This document shows, piece after piece, positions 37,628 through 47,131 of a DNA stretch of 64,000 nucleotides. Both the position numbers and the translations under genes were made by a program. The notes under the pieces were generated by a model. That model was not told where the DNA came from, ran no database searches, and saw nothing but the letters and a program-made list of their open reading frames with translations. The stretch comes from a virus, in IMG/VR virus record IMGVR_UViG_3300045988_076685, positions 117,466 through 181,465 of that record. One strand, written 5' to 3'. Positions within the stretch are counted from its first letter, which is position 1; every line of letters starts with the position of its first letter.

Positions 37628-37996
37628 TTAATTCTTAATCATAGCACGAAGTTCTTCGATAGATTTATTCTCAAGAGCCTCGTCCTCCTTCTTTGCGATA
37701 AGCTCAGCAATACGTTTGTTACGAGCATCAACCTGTGCTTTATCAATATTGTCTTTACGAGCCTTTAATTTAATATTGATTACATCTTTTACGATGCTGA
37801 AACGAAGTTCATCATCATTTTCTTCAGCTGGAAGCTCTTCAATGAAAGACTTCTTAGGAGCCTCACTAACTTTCTTATCCAGCATAATAGCTAAAGTGTT
37901 AAGATTCTGCAGAGATAAGTCGAACAAATCTTCTGTAGTAATCATACCCTTGTTTGTCTTAAAACGTAATTTTTTCTGTAATGCTTCTTTGTACAT
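37628..37996 (-). CDS. hypothetical protein
   Basis: 122 aa ORF, GC-richer codon usage. Confidence 0.45.
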   Translation of the reverse strand: MYKEALQKKLRFKTNKGMITTEDLFDLSLQNLNTLAIMLDKKVSEAPKKSFIEELPAEENDDELRFSIVKDVINIKLKARKDNIDKAQVDARNKRIAELIAKKEDEALENKSIEELRAMIKN

Positions 37997-38008
37997 TGTT
38001 GTTAATTA

Positions 38009-40042
38009 TTAAATGTTTACTTTATAAATTTTACCTGAATCTACTCTAACCATAATTTGGTTACGAGAAGTAGCTATAAATCCTAGACCGCTCATCTGAT
38101 TATCATTGTAAGGAGTTAAAGCCTTAGATGCTAATACTTCAAATACCCTCTTATGATTCTTAGTGAGTTCATCTTTAAGATACTCATTAAAATATCCACG
38201 AACAGCATCTGGATTCTTACAATCCTTCAGCATAAAGAAATAGTGCTTAGCACCTACTTTATTATTTCCCCAATAATTTGGAGATAAGCATATAGCAGAT
38301 ACTTCAACGAAGTTCTGAGTCTTTACTCCCCAGATTTCTTTAGATGCTGTAGTACTACTCAAATGCTCCTTAGTAAAGACAACTTCACGTCCATTAGAAG
38401 TAAAGTTTAATACTGGAACATCGCTTTTGTTAGGAACATCTTTGTCATACACATAAGTATGAATAACTCCATTGAGTTCTACCTCTACTTCAAATCCTAA
38501 ATCAATATTCTCAACTTTAGTAAAGTTGTTAACAAATACTTCATATTTACCTGCTTTAGGAATTCCTGAGAAAATGATATTTTCTACAGCGTTACGAGAA
38601 AATTTCTTAGGAATACTACGTTCTGCAGAAGCGCTACCTCCACAGGCATTCATATCTACATCAAGTAAGCCATGTTTGTTATTGTAGCAGACATGTCCAT
38701 AAGGACTTATCATATGTAAATCCAAATCATCGTAATTATACCAATGAAGAGAAATTCTCATATAACCGTCTACTTTACCTCCTACTTCTTTGACACGCTG
38801 CTTAATAGCGTCAGAGATATTACCATTATATGCCCAAGCAAAACCATTAGTCCACTTAAACATAGAAGGAGCTTCCTTATTAACTGGGGCAGTGAGAGTT
38901 ACTAAATTATTATTTAACTTATTGTCAAAGAATAATTCAAGCTTACTAGCCTTAGAAACAATATTATTAAGGAACTCTTCCATAGTTGTTGGAATAGCAG
39001 CCTTCTCAAAATCTGTAGCAGCTTTGCTAGTATTAGTAGTTTCATTCATAAGAGAATCGAATCCTCCTGACATTCTCTTACGAGTTTCTCTATTTACAAA
39101 GATAACATCTTCAATAGATATATCTTCTACTTTAGCATGACGACGCTCTAAAGAATCTTCATAGCCAAGTTCTACTACAGTTTTATAAGCATTTTCTACC
39201 TGAGTTTTGGTGATAATACCCTTAGGTCTCTTATAATTATAAGGAGCAACCATAGCTTCAAACTTCTTAACTGAACTTTCAACATTATTAGTGTCAGTTA
39301 TATCTTTAAGAAGCTGACCTATAGCACTATTAAGTATATGTGTTACAGCATCAGGAAGTATACAAGAAGATATCCAAGCATAATTATCTACCTCAAAACC
39401 TTCCAAATGCTTGCTCTCTATTATATCAAAAGCAGTCTTTAAGGCACTTACTTGACGTAAATAAGTATCACCTCTATAGAGATTATCATCTGCAATTAAG
39501 TCTAATACTGTTTGTACAGAATTATAGTTAAGTTCAGATAAAGTTCTTAACCATACATCATGTGAAGATTTAGCACCTGCACGAAATGTTGGAGTCTGAG
39601 ACTTATCCATAATTAAATTACTTGTAGGAGTAGCATAAAAATGGTTCCAAGTAATTATTTCTTTAGAAGGTAGTATCTGCTGATTGCATTTACAACCCAT
39701 TGTAGTCTCTTCTGTAACAAATGCATTTCTAATTTTAGTATTTTTGAGCACTTGTAACATATTGTCTACAACTTTGGCAAACATTCCTTCAGCATGAACA
39801 TCCTCCCAGTAAGAATGTATTTTATAATTCTCATCTATAGAGACTAGTGCTCCATAGCGAGTAATGAAATGTTTACAATTTACACAGTTAAACTCTTGAC
39901 GTACGGCTCCTTCAGGAAAAGATTCCATATAAGCCATCCATAAAAACTCTTTTTGGGTGTCAAGAATAAAGAGATGTTTGTTCTCTTTAATCATCTTATT
40001 ACATGCTTCTGTAACAAGATTTCTAAAATCTAAGTATTCCAT
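38009..40042 (-). CDS. large hypothetical protein (677 aa)
   Basis: Long uninterrupted ORF; no confidently recognised domain; contains a GGKVDGYMR stretch reminiscent of nucleotidyltransferase motif I but unconfirmed. Confidence 0.55.
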   Translation of the reverse strand: MEYLDFRNLVTEACNKMIKENKHLFILDTQKEFLWMAYMESFPEGAVRQEFNCVNCKHFITRYGALVSIDENYKIHSYWEDVHAEGMFAKVVDNMLQVLKNTKIRNAFVTEETTMGCKCNQQILPSKEIITWNHFYATPTSNLIMDKSQTPTFRAGAKSSHDVWLRTLSELNYNSVQTVLDLIADDNLYRGDTYLRQVSALKTAFDIIESKHLEGFEVDNYAWISSCILPDAVTHILNSAIGQLLKDITDTNNVESSVKKFEAMVAPYNYKRPKGIITKTQVENAYKTVVELGYEDSLERRHAKVEDISIEDVIFVNRETRKRMSGGFDSLMNETTNTSKAATDFEKAAIPTTMEEFLNNIVSKASKLELFFDNKLNNNLVTLTAPVNKEAPSMFKWTNGFAWAYNGNISDAIKQRVKEVGGKVDGYMRISLHWYNYDDLDLHMISPYGHVCYNNKHGLLDVDMNACGGSASAERSIPKKFSRNAVENIIFSGIPKAGKYEVFVNNFTKVENIDLGFEVEVELNGVIHTYVYDKDVPNKSDVPVLNFTSNGREVVFTKEHLSSTTASKEIWGVKTQNFVEVSAICLSPNYWGNNKVGAKHYFFMLKDCKNPDAVRGYFNEYLKDELTKNHKRVFEVLASKALTPYNDNQMSGLGFIATSRNQIMVRVDSGKIYKVNI

Positions 40043-40051
40043 AAAATTTTT

Positions 40052-40089
40052 AAAAGTTAGAAAAGAGGGAGAGATTATTCCCTCCCTCT
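40052..40089 (-). terminator. intrinsic terminator
   Basis: Stem AGAGGGAG...CUCCCUCU (8 bp) followed by UUUUCUAACUUUU on the minus strand, directly after the flotillin gene. Confidence 0.6.
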
Positions 40090-40103
40090 GTGATACTTAA
40101 TGT

Positions 40104-41657
40104 TTACACATTTACATTGGTGTTCTCTACGTCGCCATTAACGTTAACATTCTTGTTAACCTTAGCATCAATAGTGTTAGCCTTCATAATGTCTGCCATA
40201 TCTACACCTGTGGCATCTTTTACAATGTCACGAGTCTGCTTGATAATAGCAGGTACATTACCAGAAATACCAGAAGCCTCAGAACCATTAGTTCCATAAA
40301 CTGTCATACTGCCAATCTTACTCATAGGCTCAGCAATATACTTAGCCATATCAGGAAGAACTTTCTCATTAAGTTTAGAAAGCATGTCAATTACAGCAAT
40401 AGAACCATACTTACTGTATGCTTCAGCCTTCTTCTGCATAGCTTCAGCTTCTGCAAGACCCTTAGCCTTCACACCTTCAGCTTCTGCTAAAAGTTTAGCC
40501 TTAGTACCCTCAGCTTCCGCAGTCAAGGTCTGCTGAGTAGCATATGCTTCAGCTTCACCTTTAGCACGAATACCTGCAGCCTCCTGCTCTTGAGAATAAC
40601 GACTAGCTTCAGCCTTAGCCTTTACAGCTTTAGCTACCTGCTCTGCCTTATAAGCTTCAGCTTCAGCTTCACGTTTCTGCTTCTCCAAAGCAGCCTGAGC
40701 ATCAATCTCTGTCTGATACTTATCAGCATCAGCCTTAGCATTTACATCTGCAAGATACTCATTCTGCTTAATCTTAATCTTCTCCTCAGATAAGGTTTGC
40801 TCCTTACGAGTCTTCTCAATATCAGCATCTACAGTCTTAACATTAATAGTTTTCTGCTGCTCCTGTTGCTGGATTTTATATGCAGCATCAGATTCAGCCT
40901 TCTTAATGTCAGACAATCTCTTCAGTTCAGCTCTCTTAATAGCCAATTCATTATTACGTTCAGCAATAATGGTATCAGCCTTTACTCGTGCCTCATTAGC
41001 TTCATTGTCAGCTTCAGCCTGAGCCTTAGCTACATCTCTATCAGCATTAGCACGAGTAATCTTAGCATTCTTCTGAATAGCTGCTGTATTGTCAGCACCC
41101 AAATCACGGATCAATCCCTTCTCATCAGTAATATTCTGAATATTGCAAGACAAAATCTCAAGACCTAACTTAGCCATATCAGGAGCTGCCTTCTTCTGAA
41201 TTTCATCAGAAAATGCATCTCTATCAGTATTAATTCTAATCAAGTCAAGAGAACCTACTACTTCACGCATATTACCTTCCAAAGAATCTTTTACTTGAGC
41301 AGCAATCTGAGCAGAATTCATATTCAAGAAGTTCTTAGCTGCAAGTCTAGTACCGCCTGTATCAGGTTTTACCCTAACTTTACATACGGCATCTACCATT
41401 ACATCCAAGAAATCATGAGTAGGAACTGGCTGTGAAGTCTTAACATCAACTGTTACTTGACCAAGATATACTTTATCCAATCGTTCAAGTACAGGAATTT
41501 TTACTCCACCACCACCGATAAGTACTCGTGGCTCCTTACGAAAACCTGAAAGAATGTAAGCCATCGAAGGAGGAGCCTTAACATACATTGTAGCAATAAT
41601 AACAAGCAGTACAATAATAGCAACTGCGATAACACCAATAAGAACTAAATGTTCCAT
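40104..41657 (-). CDS. flotillin-like SPFH/band-7 protein (FloT/YuaG-like)
   Basis: 517 aa; N-terminal TM helix, SPFH region (YILSGFRKEPRVLIGGGGVKIPVLERLDKV, TGGTRLAAKNFL), long Ala/Glu-rich coiled coil (AEAEGTKAKLLAEAEGVKAKGLAEAEAMQKKAEAYSKYG), C-terminus AVIDMLSKL...MTVYGTNGSEASG, co-linear with B. subtilis FloT. Confidence 0.75.
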   Translation of the reverse strand: MEHLVLIGVIAVAIIVLLVIIATMYVKAPPSMAYILSGFRKEPRVLIGGGGVKIPVLERLDKVYLGQVTVDVKTSQPVPTHDFLDVMVDAVCKVRVKPDTGGTRLAAKNFLNMNSAQIAAQVKDSLEGNMREVVGSLDLIRINTDRDAFSDEIQKKAAPDMAKLGLEILSCNIQNITDEKGLIRDLGADNTAAIQKNAKITRANADRDVAKAQAEADNEANEARVKADTIIAERNNELAIKRAELKRLSDIKKAESDAAYKIQQQEQQKTINVKTVDADIEKTRKEQTLSEEKIKIKQNEYLADVNAKADADKYQTEIDAQAALEKQKREAEAEAYKAEQVAKAVKAKAEASRYSQEQEAAGIRAKGEAEAYATQQTLTAEAEGTKAKLLAEAEGVKAKGLAEAEAMQKKAEAYSKYGSIAVIDMLSKLNEKVLPDMAKYIAEPMSKIGSMTVYGTNGSEASGISGNVPAIIKQTRDIVKDATGVDMADIMKANTIDAKVNKNVNVNGDVENTNVNV

Positions 41658-41735
41658 AAATTTGTAAATGTTTAAATAATAAAAATTAAATATCTAAGAA
41701 TTAACTGATGTTAATTCCAAGGGGGCATTTATTTT

Positions 41736-42887
41736 TTATAATTCGTAATTTACAAGACCTGTAGCTTTACTTGCAGAATAGCAACTATTAATTATATATA
41801 TTCTAATATATCCATAATCAGTCATAGTTACTACATATTTTTCTTTAATACTTACCATCAATATACGATCATCCTCAAAACGATCTCCAGGTTCCAGATA
41901 TTTTAATTCTTTATCCTCAGTAGTAGAACCGTAATCTTCACTGAACTTAACAGACCATTCGTTATAGAATTTTCTTTCTTCACGAGTGTATTTTTCCCAA
42001 TCTTTCTTTTTAATTTCTTTAAACTTATAAAAAGTTTTTAATATACTCTTTATATTTTCAGGAGTAAATTTCAAGTCACAATGTCTGACTTGTACTTCTC
42101 TATACAAATAAGTAAATCTAGAGAACTCAATATTAAAGGTTTCTTTAATATCAGGAAGAGCTTCCACTCCATGAATATTAATTTCAGTTGCTATAGCCTT
42201 AATTAAGTCTATAGTAATAATATTCATAGAATGAGTTAGCTCTATAACCTTCTCTATAGCAGTTTTATCTTTCAAGATATCGTTAAGAATTTCTCTAGTA
42301 ACTTCCTCGGAAAGATTACTGAAAGACTTTTTATATCTTATTCTAGAAGGTCTACCAAGAAGATTTGGATCTACATTTAACTCATTAGTAGTAAGTAAAA
42401 ATATCTTACGATAAATAGAGTTATAAGTACCATCCATGAAAGAAAGAACATCGGAAGAATTTTTAAATTCTTTCTCATATTCATCAAAGAAGAAAATGCA
42501 ATCAAAATTGATAGTTGTAGATAAATATTTTATTAATTTATCATTAGAATCACCCATTGATTGTACTAAGATCACAGGAAGTTGTAAGTTATTACAAAGT
42601 TCCTTTGCAGTAACTGTTTTACCAGTTCCTTTGATTCCATCTAGCAGAACACCTAAATTACCTGTAGTGTTCTCATATGTCTTTAAGACATAATCAATAA
42701 ATTTTTGGTTTAGACCATACAGTTTGTAATCAAACGTAAAAGACTCAGCGATTTTACTTAAGTAAAATCCAGTCATTGAGACTTTTACTTCATAAATACC
42801 TTTCGGTAATCCTTCAGGATGAGATACTGTTGTCGCACTACCCTGACTAAAAACGTTGCCATCTTGCAACCAAATTTGTTTACCCAT
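41736..42887 (-). CDS. AAA+ ATPase with N-terminal unknown domain
   Basis: 383 aa; Walker A GVLLDGIKGTGKTVTA and Walker B IFFFDEYEK; immediately upstream of flotillin gene. Confidence 0.55.
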   Translation of the reverse strand: MGKQIWLQDGNVFSQGSATTVSHPEGLPKGIYEVKVSMTGFYLSKIAESFTFDYKLYGLNQKFIDYVLKTYENTTGNLGVLLDGIKGTGKTVTAKELCNNLQLPVILVQSMGDSNDKLIKYLSTTINFDCIFFFDEYEKEFKNSSDVLSFMDGTYNSIYRKIFLLTTNELNVDPNLLGRPSRIRYKKSFSNLSEEVTREILNDILKDKTAIEKVIELTHSMNIITIDLIKAIATEINIHGVEALPDIKETFNIEFSRFTYLYREVQVRHCDLKFTPENIKSILKTFYKFKEIKKKDWEKYTREERKFYNEWSVKFSEDYGSTTEDKELKYLEPGDRFEDDRILMVSIKEKYVVTMTDYGYIRIYIINSCYSASKATGLVNYEL

Positions 42888-42992
42888 TTTAATAAATGTT
42901 TAACAATTACTTTAATAAATTTATAAGAATGTCTATGTTGTGTAACATATCATCAATTATTTTAATAGAGTTACTAATATGTCTTTTCATAT

Positions 42993-43850
42993 TTATTTTA
43001 TAGCTCTTAACTTTTTATACTCTTCAAATACTTTATCTTCAGCTTCTTTTCCCCACATAGTATATATCAGTACTCCATAAGGACAATATTGAAATATTAT
43101 TGGATCTACAGCATGAGAAACTATAACTTTCTTTTCTTGTAGATTTGATTTTGGACAAGCTATGAACATATCGTCTCTATGTACATAATGTACTTCTAAA
43201 TAGACTCTTTCAGCCCAGTCCTTATCCTTAAATTCATCTATATCACTCATACGATATAAATAAGCTGGATAAGAGATAATATTAAAACTATAATCAAAGT
43301 ATTCACAAATACTAGAATCACTTTTTTCACTGTGATTACGTATACGTTGGATTTCTACTGTATTATGGTTTGTATCTAATTTCACATAACCAGAGTAATG
43401 GTCCATTTTATACTTTATATCTGAAAACTCCTTTAAGTTAGCATCAGGTATAACTCCAGTAAACTGTTCAAGAAATCCTACAGATAATTTGTATTTATGA
43501 CAAAGTTTATAAAAAGAATCTCTACTAACTAATATAACAGAATCTCCCAAAAACTCATTCATAGTTTTTATGTAATTTAATAACTCACGAGCTTTTATGA
43601 TATTTCTATTATATGCATCAATATCACGTATTCTATCTTTTAAGAATTTAGCATTTGCACTATTACCTAATCCTAAATTACATAATCTGGCATATTCTCC
43701 AGACATATCATTAGACTTTAAAGGAATTAATGCTGTACCTTCTGAAACCCCTACTAAATCTACCGCTAACTTAGATAATTCTTTATCTATAGTTATTAAA
43801 GGTTTCTGTTCTTTTTTGGTTTCTTTTAAAAAATTACTAAAAATTCCCAT
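42993..43850 (-). CDS. hypothetical protein
   Basis: 285 aa ORF upstream of the AAA/flotillin pair. Confidence 0.5.
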   Translation of the reverse strand: MGIFSNFLKETKKEQKPLITIDKELSKLAVDLVGVSEGTALIPLKSNDMSGEYARLCNLGLGNSANAKFLKDRIRDIDAYNRNIIKARELLNYIKTMNEFLGDSVILVSRDSFYKLCHKYKLSVGFLEQFTGVIPDANLKEFSDIKYKMDHYSGYVKLDTNHNTVEIQRIRNHSEKSDSSICEYFDYSFNIISYPAYLYRMSDIDEFKDKDWAERVYLEVHYVHRDDMFIACPKSNLQEKKVIVSHAVDPIIFQYCPYGVLIYTMWGKEAEDKVFEEYKKLRAIK

Positions 43851-43940
43851 AATTAACAGTTAAAATTAAACAAAAATCCCTGAACTATAATAATAGTCCA
43901 GGGATTAAAAACAAATAATAAAAACAGTTCTATGAACTAG

Positions 43941-44272
43941 TGGAGATGAGGGGAGTCGAACCCCTGTCACTCCGATTTGCATCAAAACATTCTTACAGCA
44001 TAGGTTTTAAAGACTATCCTTGTCTGCTAGGGTTGACAAGATTAACATATTGTCAACTTCCACCACTCTGTTCCTAAAGTATACAGAGAACTTACAAAAG
44101 AAATGGAAAATAGTGCACCTTTCTGTTCACAAGCAAGTGCTGCTCGGCTTCTCAGGCAGCAGCCTGATAAGCAGGAGTCATATTAATAACTCTAGCGATT
44201 ATTGTTTTGTTGTCTCTCCAACTGTCTTGCTGTGTTCCTTATCTCCTCGAAGTTCAAAACCAAAACATCCCC
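43941..44272 (-). ncRNA. ssrA: tmRNA (ssrA), phage-encoded
   Basis: 5' end GGGGAUGUUUUGGUUUUGAACUUCGAGG matches conserved tmRNA 5' consensus. 3' end has T arm GGGGUUCGACUCCCC and acceptor strand CAUCUCC-A pairing with the 5' GGGGAUG. Internal frame AAUAAUC|GCU AGA GUU AUU AAU AUG ACU CCU GCU UAU CAG GCU GCU GCC UGA encodes tag ARVINMTPAYQAAA. Confidence 0.7.
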
Positions 44273-44401
44273 AATTTAAAAGAGTCCTAAGTTAGAACTC
44301 TTTTATGAATTAGTGTCTACCACGTAGATAATTGTAATTATCATACCAATCATCTGGATCTATTCTATATTCTTTATCCATAATTTAAAAATTAATTAAT
44401 G

Positions 44402-44734
44402 TTAAAAATTAAGTTGAATATTTCTATTGACATCTAATAATCCCCCATTCCAGTTAGATTGAAAATCCATACTAAACCATACTCCATTTACTGTTCTAGC
44501 AAACCAAACAAGATGATCATCATATTTAGGAATATAACAACCTATAAAATAGTCAGTATCTCCATTCCATATCCAATCATAATCAAGAGCACTATTAACT
44601 AAATGTATCTTTAGATATATATTAGCTTTATTAAAAGGAATTACTTTCTTTACATAAGCTTTATATAATCTACTTGATGAACATTTACCGTCGTCAAAGA
44701 AATTATAAATCTGTCTCTTTTTCGGAATCATCAA
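44402..44734 (-). CDS. hypothetical protein
   Basis: 110 aa ORF. Confidence 0.4.
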   Translation of the reverse strand: MMIPKKRQIYNFFDDGKCSSSRLYKAYVKKVIPFNKANIYLKIHLVNSALDYDWIWNGDTDYFIGCYIPKYDDHLVWFARTVNGVWFSMDFQSNWNGGLLDVNRNIQLNF

Positions 44735-45422
44735 TCATACATTGTCTTAATATATTTTCATTAACTGTACCATCATTTTCTCTAGTGAGATTATCTAATA
44801 GTTCCAAATTAAATTTTTCTTTTCGAAATTTAAAACATTGTCTTAATATAGCTTCATTAACTATATTTTCATTTGCTCTTGCAAGTTTATCTAACAACTC
44901 TAGATTAAATTCTTCCTTTTGAAACTTGAATTGAATCCAATTAGGTTCAAATTCTCTGTAATCTAGATGAGACAAAGGTTTATCTGTATTTAATACATAT
45001 TTAACTAATCTAGTTAAACGTTCTCCAGCTAGTTTAGATACTACAAAACCAGATAAATCATAACCTACACCTCTACTTCTCCAATATTCACCTACTTCAG
45101 GCTTAGAGTCTGGAGCCACATAGAACATTTTATAATAGTCTGAAGAACCTAAAGTTACATAAGTACCTAACTGACCACAACATATAGATAATCCTACATA
45201 AGAATATAAAGTATCATTATGATCTAGTGTAAGAAATACTGGGACTTTATCAGGATCCAAATTATTAATCTCACAATGATGCAGTGCAGTATGCACATAC
45301 TCAAGTAATTTAGATACTGATATAGTACTTAGTTTGGTATCTTCTTCACCTTTGTTCTCTTTAATGGCAGCATCAGAACATCTAGTGTGCCAATTTTTCC
45401 ATTTATCTCCTTCTAAATACAT
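44703..45422 (-). CDS. hypothetical protein with C-terminal tandem 32-aa repeats
   Basis: 239 aa; two near-identical units FKFQKEEFNLELLDKLARANENIVNEAILRQC / FKFRKEKFNLELLDNLTRENDGTVNENILRQC. Confidence 0.5.
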   Translation of the reverse strand: MYLEGDKWKNWHTRCSDAAIKENKGEEDTKLSTISVSKLLEYVHTALHHCEINNLDPDKVPVFLTLDHNDTLYSYVGLSICCGQLGTYVTLGSSDYYKMFYVAPDSKPEVGEYWRSRGVGYDLSGFVVSKLAGERLTRLVKYVLNTDKPLSHLDYREFEPNWIQFKFQKEEFNLELLDKLARANENIVNEAILRQCFKFRKEKFNLELLDNLTRENDGTVNENILRQCMIDDSEKETDL

Positions 45423-45531
45423 AGTAATTAACTTATATAATACAATAAAAAAGTCATAGAAACAATTAATATTCCTATTATAATAAAGAATAGGATTACA
45501 AATTGAATATCTGCATCCATATTATAGATAC

Positions 45532-45762
45532 TTAGTCATCATTAGGCAAACTATCCAAATACTGAGGAATAGTTACTTCCGTATTATTCTTTTCTTTCTC
45601 AAGTTGCTGAATAGCATTTGCTTGTCTATCTACAATTACTTGTAATTCCAGAATTTTTGCTTTCTGATAATAATAATTAGGAACTGACCAAGCTGAAACA
45701 ATTATAAAACAAATTGTTGGTAATATCCAAAGTTTATTCATATCTTTTATTTTTATCTCCAA
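45532..45762 (-). CDS. small membrane-anchored protein
   Basis: 76 aa; N-terminal hydrophobic helix. Confidence 0.35.
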   Translation of the reverse strand: MEIKIKDMNKLWILPTICFIIVSAWSVPNYYYQKAKILELQVIVDRQANAIQQLEKEKNNTEVTIPQYLDSLPNDD

Positions 45763-45992
45763 GTTACATAAACTCCATGATTACCTTTATAAAGAAGACT
45801 AATTCCAAATCCTAATTCTCTAAGGTAATCATAATATTTGTCAACATTAGTTGTCGGAAGTATAGAACCAATCCAAGCAGCATAATTACCTTTATTAGCT
45901 TCAGTAATTATGGCATTTTGTATTTTATCTAATACATTCCTATCTAATCCTCCAGATTTAGTTATAACTCTGGCTTCTGTTGCTTTAATCAT
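45753..45992 (-). CDS. hypothetical protein
   Basis: 79 aa ORF. Confidence 0.35.
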   Translation of the reverse strand: MIKATEARVITKSGGLDRNVLDKIQNAIITEANKGNYAAWIGSILPTTNVDKYYDYLRELGFGISLLYKGNHGVYVTWR

Positions 45993-46160
45993 TTAATATT
46001 TTTTTTAATTTATATAAATGTTTTACATACTCTAAATCGGAGATTAATGAATTTCTTAATCCAGGAGAAGCCCATTCACAATATTTATCAACTATGTCAG
46101 CTGTAGATAAATGACCTTCTTTTAAGGCATTTATCATAAGTTTTGTACATTCTTCTACTG

Positions 46161-46550
46161 TCATAACTTTTTAATTTTTAAACTTGCATCCTTAAACCAT
46201 ATATTAAGTCTATCTATGGCACTTTCCCATACAGATTGAGAGCAGATTTTATAATATTTTAAAAAGTCGATAGTATCTGCATTAAACTGATATATACCTA
46301 TACATCTACCACCAGGGGTAATTTTAGTTACAGTATATCCAGTACCATCATTGATAACTACTTTTAGATAAGATGTGTTGTCTTTATAGTAAGGATGTTC
46401 TCTAAGAGCGTGATTACTAACTTGCAGTTTTTTAGCTCTTATATTATTTATTATTTCCCCTATAGTATTCTCTATATTATCTCTTTGACTTAGGAACTTT
46501 ATTTTAAGCTTTTCTAAGTCTTCAATAGACATTTCTGAATAATCACTCAT
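46161..46550 (-). CDS. hypothetical protein
   Basis: 129 aa ORF. Confidence 0.4.
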   Translation of the reverse strand: MSDYSEMSIEDLEKLKIKFLSQRDNIENTIGEIINNIRAKKLQVSNHALREHPYYKDNTSYLKVVINDGTGYTVTKITPGGRCIGIYQFNADTIDFLKYYKICSQSVWESAIDRLNIWFKDASLKIKKL

Positions 46551-46735
46551 ATTTTCTATATTTTAATTAATTTTTTCCTCAATTATTTTTAGATAATGAA
46601 GTGTATTACCAATACATGTACGATTATGGCAAGGACTTTGATAAGTCTCATAAATTGATGTCAAATCCTTGATAAATCGTTGTAGTTTAATTTTATCCTC
46701 CATATCAAGGACTACTACTTTTCTTGTCTCTTCTT

Positions 46736-47128
46736 TCATATCTTATTTTCTTTATCGAATTTGTTTCCAATTATATGTAATTCCCAGGCATAGTCATTAA
46801 TACCTGTTATTAATGGCATACGCATATGAGTCCTAGGATTAAATGCTAAGAAGCAGCCTTTCTCAAAGATTACTTCACAAAGTTCTCTACCTTTAAATAT
46901 GGAGATAAGATCATGCTCATATATTTCATTACCTTCTTTGTTTTTTAATCCCGTAAACATACAAACTGTATCTGAGTCAACCTTGTATACTACTGGAACA
47001 TCAGGAAATGTGCTATTTGAATGATATCTACATATGCCAATATAATTTGTACTATGTACCAAGTCACCACTTATCCATTCTCCAGTATCAAGACGTTTAG
47101 CCTTAAATTTAATATCTTTTATATCCAT
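46736..47128 (-). CDS. hypothetical protein
   Basis: 130 aa ORF. Confidence 0.4.
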   Translation of the reverse strand: MDIKDIKFKAKRLDTGEWISGDLVHSTNYIGICRYHSNSTFPDVPVVYKVDSDTVCMFTGLKNKEGNEIYEHDLISIFKGRELCEVIFEKGCFLAFNPRTHMRMPLITGINDYAWELHIIGNKFDKENKI

Positions 47129-47131
47129 AAA

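Noticed and set aside
38472-42693. Plus-strand ORFs 38472..38687, 38790..39140, 39340..39531, 40090..40299, 40590..40793, 40797..41168, 42436..42693
   Set aside because: Antisense to the 677-aa, flotillin and AAA genes; the flotillin coiled-coil GC and repeat composition generates long antisense frames (S/L-rich).
44020-44295. Plus-strand 91-aa ORF
   Set aside because: Overlaps the tmRNA gene on the opposite strand; explained by the GC-richer RNA gene lacking stops.
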